Positions 57,952-64,000 of a DNA stretch of 64,000 bases are shown in pieces (within the stretch, counting starts at the first letter, position 1; every line of letters begins with the position of its first letter). The stretch comes from an uncultured Bdellovibrionales bacterium (GTDB taxonomy: Bacteria > Bdellovibrionota > Bdellovibrionia > Bdellovibrionales > SG-bin7). The notes under the pieces are model-generated. The model had not been told where the DNA came from. It saw nothing but the letters and a program-made list of their open reading frames with translations, and did no database searches. The position numbers and the translations under genes are program-made. The stretch spans positions 69,807 to 133,806 of the forward strand of contig CAZCFY010000012.1 of NCBI GenBank assembly GCA_964498095.1, in the 5' to 3' direction.

Positions 57952-58221
57952 CTAAGCGGAAGGGCCATCTTGTAATCTTCTGACTGCGGTAACAATTCTT
58001 TGGCTTTGCACTCGGGTAAAACGCATATAACTGCTTTCGCAGAAGCCGCGAAGAGATTTGCAGCCGTACCAAACATAAAACCCTTTCTTATCGATCTCCT
58101 TTAGAGCTAAAACCATCTTCAACTCCAATGCGTGAATTTGCGCGGCTAAATCGGTTACCGAGCGTAAAGTATCGCGCAAAAATTTTGGTTCATATTCCTT
58201 TAACGGATAGTGGCGGTGCAT
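57952..58221 (-). pseudogene. short ORF resembling the N-terminal helical region of HNH-endonuclease/DUF222-type proteins, apparently truncated
   Basis: LALKEIDKKGFYVWYGCKSLRGFCESSYMRFTRVQSQRIVTAVRRL fits the pattern L.E.d..rly...G..SL..yc...l.s...a.r...aaR.l. No nuclease domain follows, only out-of-frame fragments. Confidence 0.3.
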
Positions 58222-58364
58222 AGGACTCCCCTCTTAAATTCGATAAGCGGGCAACAAAAAACCTTACCCTTTATATTTTTAACAAACCTAACTTCGATTC
58301 GACCGTGCATTTTTTAGACCGGCCTTGCGGCTCACTCGAAAGTCTGCTACTTCCACAAGCCATG

Positions 58365-59366
58365 ACCAGCCAGGAACTACTAGGCCATCTTAAAAAAAAT
58401 CCTTATGTACTCGCGCCGATGGCGGGGATTACGGATAGTCCGTTTCGCCGCTTTATGCGGGAGATGGGTGCGGGGATTGTGATTTCAGAATTGGTTTCGG
58501 CGCAGGGGCTAAAATACAATTCGCAAAAAACCAAGGACCTTATGCGTTTTGATGAACGCGAAAGACCCGTCGGTATTCAACTCTTTGGCGAGTGCGGTGA
58601 TGTGATTGGTGAGGCCGCAAAATACGTCCAGGACCAAGGTGCGGATTTTGTTGATCTCAATTTCGGTTGCCCGGTCAGCAAAGTAGTAAAAAAGGGTGCC
58701 GGCGCCGCCGCAACACGTGACCTTACGGCTTTTGGTGACCTTCTTCGTAAAGTGCGGAAATCAATAACCACACCTCTCACCATAAAAATTCGCACGGGTT
58801 GGGACGAGAGCTCCCGCAACGCGCTCGAGGTTGTAAAGGTAGCCCATAATGAGGGTGTAACTTGGGTAGCCATTCACGGCCGAACCCGCGCGCAAGGATA
58901 TGCTGGACTTTCGGATTGGGAATTTATCGGCGAAGTAAAAAGCCAGTCGCCGCTACCGATTATTGGTAACGGCGATATTCTTTCGGGAGCGCAAGCAAGA
59001 CAGCGTCTAAAAGAATCGAGTTGCGATGGTGTGATGATTGGCCGTGGTTGTTTGAAAGATCCTCATATTTTTCGCATAGCTAATCAACACGACTTAGGTG
59101 ATGAGAAGATGAATCAACTTATCAACAAACTTGGCGGCTACATTATGGAAAACGCCATTGGTAATTATCCAAAAATACAATTACGAAAATTTGCCATGTG
59201 GTATTCCTATGGCTTGCCGGAAGCCTCAAACTTTCGTCGCGATTTATTTTCCGAAAATGACGTGGACCGCTTAAAGAGCCTCATTGAATCTTATTTTTTA
59301 AAAGTGCAAAATCATAATAAGGTTATCCAAGGACAGGATAATTTTCTTATGGGGGGCCATGGCTAA
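58365..59366 (+). CDS. tRNA-dihydrouridine synthase
   Basis: VLAPMAGITDSPFRR, DLNFGCP and IHGRTR. Start at ATG 58365; the ORF is open from GTG 58305. Confidence 0.9.
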   Translation, partial: TSQELLGHLKKNPYVLAPMAGITDSPFRRFMREMGAGIVISELVSAQGLKYNSQKTKDLMRFDERERPVGIQLFGECGDVIGEAAKYVQDQGADFVDLNFGCPVSKVVKKGAGAAATRDLTAFGDLLRKVRKSITTPLTIKIRTGWDESSRNALEVVKVAHNEGVTWVAIHGRTRAQGYAGLSDWEFIGEVKSQSPLPIIGNGDILSGAQARQRLKESSCDGVMIGRGCLKDPHIFRIANQHDLGDEKMNQLINKLGGYIMENAIGNYPKIQLRKFAMWYSYGLPEASNFRRDLFSENDVDRLKSLIESYFLKVQNHNKVIQGQDNFLMGGHG

Positions 59367-60318
59367 ACTCATTGGACGAGATAAAGCGCTCGTAGAGTTC
59401 CGCGGAGTTTATAAACAAAATGCTAATGACGCTGACCTTCGCGATGCCACCTTTGTCTTTGCGCAGGGTTCAAGTTACGGCATTTTAGGCGGAAAGCACT
59501 CAGGCGTTTTTAATGTTTTAAGGTTAATTTACTGCTCGTCTCTGCCTGACCGTGGCGAGGTCGAGGTCCTTGGCCTTGATACACGCAAACAAAGTATAAA
59601 AATAAAAAGTCTTGTTGGAATAGTTCCGCGCTTTGATGCTTTGGAGTCGGATCTTACGGTTTATGATCAGTTGATGATATTCGGGCGTTTTTACGACCTA
59701 TCCAAGCCGGCTTTACGTAACCGCATTCGCGATTTGATGCAGCAGTTAGAGCTGGCCGATTGTGAAGGCCAAGTTATTCGCCGCCTTTCGGCGTTTCAAA
59801 AAAAGAAAGTGGCTTTGGCCAAAGCTTTGATTCACAAACCTAAGATATTAGTTTTGGATGAACTTGGTCACGGCTTAACTTTAAACGAAAAAAACTGGTT
59901 AAACGATCAACTATTTTCGCTTAAGAAAGAAGGGGCAGACTTAATTTTGGGTTCGGCTGACCCCTTCGAGATTGAAGAACTTTGTGAGTATTCGATCATG
60001 TTTCATCGGGGTCAGATGGTGGCTGAAGGGCATCCGCAAGTGCTTCTGGATAAACTCATTGGTTCGCACGTCGTGGACTTTGAATGCGCTAATGGCGAAG
60101 TAGAATATTATTTCAATAAACTAAATAACGACTACGAAGTGCACGTCGCGGGAAGCCGGCTGCGGGTTTATCTAAAAACCAATCAAGACGTCCGACAGCT
60201 GCAAAATCAAATTTCCAGTGATCACATGTTAACGCGTCGGCCAAACTTGGAAGACGTGTACTTTAAGACCACGGGACACTTGTTGGAGAACAGATGGCGC
60301 AACAGTTTATCCCTCTAG
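59359..60318 (+). CDS. ABC transporter ATP-binding-like protein with degenerate catalytic motifs
   Basis: Collinear with NodI/DrrA-type ATPases. Walker A is GILGGKHSG, Q-loop VPR, signature LSAFQ and H-loop region LGSAD. Only Walker B (ILVLDE) is kept. Confidence 0.78.
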   Translation: MAKLIGRDKALVEFRGVYKQNANDADLRDATFVFAQGSSYGILGGKHSGVFNVLRLIYCSSLPDRGEVEVLGLDTRKQSIKIKSLVGIVPRFDALESDLTVYDQLMIFGRFYDLSKPALRNRIRDLMQQLELADCEGQVIRRLSAFQKKKVALAKALIHKPKILVLDELGHGLTLNEKNWLNDQLFSLKKEGADLILGSADPFEIEELCEYSIMFHRGQMVAEGHPQVLLDKLIGSHVVDFECANGEVEYYFNKLNNDYEVHVAGSRLRVYLKTNQDVRQLQNQISSDHMLTRRPNLEDVYFKTTGHLLENRWRNSLSL

Positions 60319-61109
60319 TTAAAACAATTTCATTCTGGCCGCGCGTAAGACGGGGGGCCTTTCACGTCTTAGGTCATAACTATGCGGTTTTTCGTCAAGC
60401 TCTGATTCAGAATCTATTTTGGATCGGCATAGAACCATTAATTTATTTGTATGCGGTTGGCTTTGGCATTGGGAAGCTTGTTCCCGAAATTCAGGGAGTC
60501 AGCTACTTTGATTATTTTTTCCCAGGCCTCATCGCTATTACCGCCATGATTGTTACAAGTTACGAAACAACCCACGGCACTTACAACCGGGCGCATTTCG
60601 AAAAAACATTTTCATCATTATACTTGGCGCCTATCACCGGAACCGATCTTTTCCTTGGCGAGATATTGTGGGGTACGCTAAAGGGTCTTTTAAGCACTTT
60701 GATTGTTTTAACGGTATTGTTCCTTTTGGGCAAAATAAGTTTACTAAAAGCGGGAATTTTGTTTGCGGCAAGTGGGCTGATATGTTGGTTTTTCTCATCG
60801 TTGGGTCTGCTCATCAACTCGTTCGTGCGCACCAGTGAGTCTTTTATTTTGTATCAGGCAGGAGTTTTGGTGCCGATGGCGATGCTGGGTGGCGCTTACT
60901 TTCCGCTAGAATATTTACCCGAAATTATCCAGTATCTCATGAAAATGTTGCCGGTAACCCATGCGGTAACTTTGCTGCGCGATTTAAGCATGGGGATTTA
61001 CGGCGTCGGCAGTATCATTGCATGTAGCTATTTCTTGATAATTGGTTTTTTAGTTACAAATTTGGCGCTCGTTCGTCACGAAGAGAAGCTTGCGCATATT
61101 TTAGATTAA
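60294..61109 (+). CDS. ABC-2 type transporter permease
   Basis: 6-TM protein, NodJ/DrrB-like layout. 25-nt overlap with the ATPase-like gene. Confidence 0.8.
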   Translation: MAQQFIPLVKTISFWPRVRRGAFHVLGHNYAVFRQALIQNLFWIGIEPLIYLYAVGFGIGKLVPEIQGVSYFDYFFPGLIAITAMIVTSYETTHGTYNRAHFEKTFSSLYLAPITGTDLFLGEILWGTLKGLLSTLIVLTVLFLLGKISLLKAGILFAASGLICWFFSSLGLLINSFVRTSESFILYQAGVLVPMAMLGGAYFPLEYLPEIIQYLMKMLPVTHAVTLLRDLSMGIYGVGSIIACSYFLIIGFLVTNLALVRHEEKLAHILD

Positions 61110-62084
61110 GCCATTGTCTCTGCACCAACGGATACTGTTTTCGATAGCTGTATCCGAAGGCCGCGGCTTAAAACCCAATTCCAATTTGGCTTTTTCGTTC
61201 GTGAACCAATGATAAAGGCGCGCGGTCCACGCCGTTTCGCTATTTATCGGTGCCTTAAGTCCGAATTTAATGAGTTGATCGCCAAGTTTTCCAAGTGCCG
61301 CGAGAGCAGGGTTGGGCAGAAAAATCTTAGGGGGTTTCACGCCGGCGTAAAAAGCGATGCGTTCAAACAGGTGTTTAATAAGAATATTATCGCCGCTTAA
61401 AATATAGCGTTCGCCATTTCTTCCTACCTGCCAGGCGCTCATGATTCCATCAATGACGTCCTCAACGGCTACGACATTAGCGCCGCCAGCGGTATAAAAA
61501 GGAAATTTTCCTTTCGCCACCTTTAACTGTGTTCCGCGGCTTCCCTTTTTTGCGTCACCAGCGCCATAAATCGTGGCGGGATTTAGGATTACGGATTTAA
61601 AATCTTGCCGTTTGGTCGCTCGTACGACCAAATTTTCCGCGACGTGTTTGGTATCAAAATACCCTAAGCGCAAATGGCGAATATTATAGGGCGATGTTTC
61701 ATCGAGAATTTCTGATTCAGTAAAACTCGCGCCAATGGCAGAGACAGAGCTTACATAGACCAATTGCGCGACTTGATTTTTTTTGCAGGCGTAGATGACG
61801 TTACACGTGCCGCCTACATTTACATTTATCATTTTTTGGCGCTCGAAAGGATTGTAAGCAACAAGACCAGCCAGATGGAAAACAGTGTTAATTCCGCGGA
61901 ATGCCTCGCCGCAACTTTGCCGGTCGGTAACATCACCAAATATTTGCTTGCACTTTAGTCCGTCTAGAGCGGACAGATCACTTGATTTACGAACAAGGAC
62001 TGAAACTTCATGACCATCTTGAAGAAGCCTGCGAGTCAGCCAAGATCCTAAAAATCCATTCGCGCCTGTAACCAAGACCTTCAA
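61101..62084 (-). CDS. NAD-dependent epimerase/dehydratase (extended SDR) family protein
   Basis: MKVLVTGANGFLGSWL Rossmann motif and YFDTK (YxxxK). Confidence 0.85.
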   Translation of the reverse strand: MKVLVTGANGFLGSWLTRRLLQDGHEVSVLVRKSSDLSALDGLKCKQIFGDVTDRQSCGEAFRGINTVFHLAGLVAYNPFERQKMINVNVGGTCNVIYACKKNQVAQLVYVSSVSAIGASFTESEILDETSPYNIRHLRLGYFDTKHVAENLVVRATKRQDFKSVILNPATIYGAGDAKKGSRGTQLKVAKGKFPFYTAGGANVVAVEDVIDGIMSAWQVGRNGERYILSGDNILIKHLFERIAFYAGVKPPKIFLPNPALAALGKLGDQLIKFGLKAPINSETAWTARLYHWFTNEKAKLELGFKPRPSDTAIENSIRWCRDNGLI

Positions 62085-62171
62085 CCGGAATTCCCCTTTT
62101 TAAGTCTGTAACTACAATGACAGGATAGCAAAAAATCAATATCCTTTAAAGGAGATAGTGGGGATAACTCC

Positions 62172-62918
62172 GTGGATAGAATCGCGATATTAGGCGTATT
62201 TGTCGGAATTTTTGGAATTCTCGCCGGCCAAATGATAGAAGGCGGAAGCGTTTGGTCTCTCGTCGTACTTCCGGCGGCATTTATTGTTTTTCTTGGAACC
62301 GCAGGCGCTGTTCTTGTTAGCGCTACGCGTGCCGATATCGTCCGCGGCCTAAGGCTTTTGCGCTTGGCCTTCTTCGAAAGCGAGTTGCCGAGTGCGTCGG
62401 TGGTGGCCAAAGAAATAACCGACGCCGCGATAACGGCCCGGAAGGAATCCATACTTGCCCTCGAAAAGAAGCTAAGTTCATTTTCTCACCCTTTTATGCG
62501 CAATGTTTTTAAATTTGTCGTCGATGGTGTAGATCCCGCCACGATACGCGATACTTTTGAAAACGAAATACTTCTCGACGAAGAAGAGAAACTTGCCGGC
62601 GCAAAAATTTGGACGGATGCCGGCGGCTATGCGCCGACAATTGGGATTCTCGGCGCGGTATTGGGTTTGATTCATGTTATGGAAAACCTAAGCGATACCT
62701 CTAAGCTCGGCGCCGGAATTGCCACGGCGTTTGTCGCTACCGTTTACGGGGTGGGAAGCGCCAACTTAATTTTTATTCCCATCGGTAACCGCATAAAAAG
62801 AAAAGTGCGCCAAGAAATCATGATCAAAGAACTTATACTTCACGGCGCGATCGGAATCGTTAGCGGGCATACGCCTTACGTCATCCAAGAAAAGGTTGGT
62901 TCTTTTGTCGACGCTTAG
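62172..62918 (+). CDS. motA: flagellar motor stator protein MotA/PomA family
   Basis: 248 aa, 4 TM segments. The N-terminus aligns with the PomA-type start. C-terminal TAFVATVYGVGSANLIFIPIG motif. GTG start. Confidence 0.87.
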   Translation: MDRIAILGVFVGIFGILAGQMIEGGSVWSLVVLPAAFIVFLGTAGAVLVSATRADIVRGLRLLRLAFFESELPSASVVAKEITDAAITARKESILALEKKLSSFSHPFMRNVFKFVVDGVDPATIRDTFENEILLDEEEKLAGAKIWTDAGGYAPTIGILGAVLGLIHVMENLSDTSKLGAGIATAFVATVYGVGSANLIFIPIGNRIKRKVRQEIMIKELILHGAIGIVSGHTPYVIQEKVGSFVDA

Positions 62919-63642
62919 ACGCCGCCGTCACGAAGAACCCGAAAATCATGATCGCTGGCTGGTATCCTACGCTGACTTCATCACATTGATGTTTGCGTTT
63001 TTTATCGTGATGTACGCTACCGCGCAAAGAAATCCCGAAAAAGAAAAAGAGTTTGAAAAGTCAGTCCGCAAATACTTTGCATCCATCGCGCAAAGTATGG
63101 GCCGATCGATGTACAACGAAACGGAAATGGGAAATTCACCAATTGCGCCGCCGATGGATATGCCGAGGTCTTCTAGCGCGGCGGAAGCCATCGCCCAAAA
63201 GCTAAAAAACTCCGATGAAACGGGAGAACTATCGCGGGCGGTAGAGCAGGTTTATCATGACGTATATGGCGTGCGTATCCGCGTGCTGGCGTCTTCGCTA
63301 TTTGAGTCTGGCTCTTCGCGTTTGACCGAGTCGAGCGTTGAATCCTTAAAAACTTTAGGTAACGTTTTAAAAGAGCTGGACGGAAAAATCATCATCGAGG
63401 GTCACACCGACGACTTACCAATAAAATCGGCGAAGTACCCTTCGAATTGGGAGCTTTCAACCGACCGGGCGGCTAAGATTCTGCGTTACTTAAATGAGTT
63501 TCACGAAATCGATTCCCGCCGCATGGTTGTTGTCGGGTATGCCGACTCCAAACCCGCTTATCCCAATAATTCCGCCGCCAATCGCGCGAAAAATCGCCGC
63601 ATAGAAATATTAATTACGAATGCCGATGCGGCGGGGATGTAA
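62896..63642 (+). CDS. motB: flagellar motor stator protein MotB (OmpA-like C-terminal domain)
   Basis: WLVSYADFITLMFAFFIVMY with the conserved Asp. GHTDDLPI...NWELSTDRA...NRRIEI peptidoglycan-binding motifs. TTG start overlaps motA. Confidence 0.87.
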   Translation: MVLLSTLRRRRHEEPENHDRWLVSYADFITLMFAFFIVMYATAQRNPEKEKEFEKSVRKYFASIAQSMGRSMYNETEMGNSPIAPPMDMPRSSSAAEAIAQKLKNSDETGELSRAVEQVYHDVYGVRIRVLASSLFESGSSRLTESSVESLKTLGNVLKELDGKIIIEGHTDDLPIKSAKYPSNWELSTDRAAKILRYLNEFHEIDSRRMVVVGYADSKPAYPNNSAANRAKNRRIEILITNADAAGM

Positions 63643-64000
63643 TTACTTATATTGGATTTTAATGTTTCGAATCACCACGTCTTTAACGGGCTTATCAAAA
63701 AGATCGCGCTTTACGTTGGCAATTGCTTTTACCACGTCAAAGCCATCGACCACTTGACCAAAAATAGTAAAAGAACCATCAAGATCATTTTGGTCTTTTA
63801 AGGTAATAAAAAACTGACTGCCATTTTTCTCTGGCTTGGCGGCGGCCATGGCCACCATTCCGGGATAATCAAAGTTTAATTCGGGGCTTATCTCTTGATC
63901 GACGCCAAAGCCAGGTCCACCTTTACCGGTGCCGAGCGGATCGCCGCCTTGAATGATGAAATTAGGCACCACGCGATGAAAGGTAAGACCATTATAGAAT
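63643..64000 (-). CDS. peptidyl-prolyl cis-trans isomerase, cyclophilin type (5' end beyond window)
   Basis: FYNGLTFHRVVPNFIIQGGDPLGTGKGGPG...SQFFIT. The frame stays open to the window edge. Confidence 0.9.
   Translation of the reverse strand, partial: FYNGLTFHRVVPNFIIQGGDPLGTGKGGPGFGVDQEISPELNFDYPGMVAMAAAKPEKNGSQFFITLKDQNDLDGSFTIFGQVVDGFDVVKAIANVKRDLFDKPVKDVVIRNIKIQYK

Noticed and set aside
62101-62128. Possible sigma28 promoter TAAGTCTG-N12-CAGGATAG upstream of motA
   Set aside because: Only 4 of 8 positions match in the -10 element and the spacer is off by one. This is much weaker than the che promoter candidate, so it is not reported as a feature.

Overview
Compact, moderately AT-rich bacterial chromosomal segment with about 65 protein-coding genes. 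I saw no rRNA, tRNA, CRISPR array or intact mobile element. Most content is housekeeping. It includes a hybrid sensor kinase and an orphan RND pump, LOG-mscL, an RRM/RGG RNA-binding protein, glnB-glnA and secA. There is an 8-gene caa3-type cytochrome c oxidase/heme A cluster (cyt c, SCO1, ctaC/D/E/F-like, ctaB, ctaA), followed by maiA/FAH and pckA. An ndk / rlmD-like / pilW-like / rodZ operon is extended by a GT39 glycosyltransferase and a PHP-like hydrolase. A cheA-cheW-mcp-cheR/REC/cheB operon sits behind a sigma28-type promoter, followed by dus plus an ABC-2 transporter, motAB and a cyclophilin. The repertoire (RRM protein, many small signal-peptide proteins, secreted S1 protease, motility and chemotaxis genes) fits a Bdellovibrio-like/Oligoflexia-type organism, but that is inference only. 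Four stretches look accessory: 0.4-4.3 kb, 17.3-19.1 kb, 44.8-48.9 kb and 57.8-58.3 kb. No clear-cut novel system (defence island, retroelement or toxin module) is visible. The best candidates for follow-up are: (1) a single-polypeptide CheR-REC-CheB fusion whose start codon lies inside a perfect 10-bp hairpin; (2) rodZ translationally chained to an ArnT-like GT39 enzyme and a membrane-anchored PHP-like hydrolase; (3) a cupin / DUF155-like / QEGLA (MATCAP-like carboxypeptidase) / lipoprotein cluster; (4) an ABC-2 transporter whose ATPase has degenerate catalytic motifs; (5) a secreted isochorismatase-family hydrolase coupled to a small secreted partner; (6) duplicated CxxC secreted proteins and a 38-nt near-identical intergenic repeat. 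Eight of the 12 convergent gene junctions have 3 nt or less between stop codons. All product calls rest on motifs read by eye; no database search was possible.
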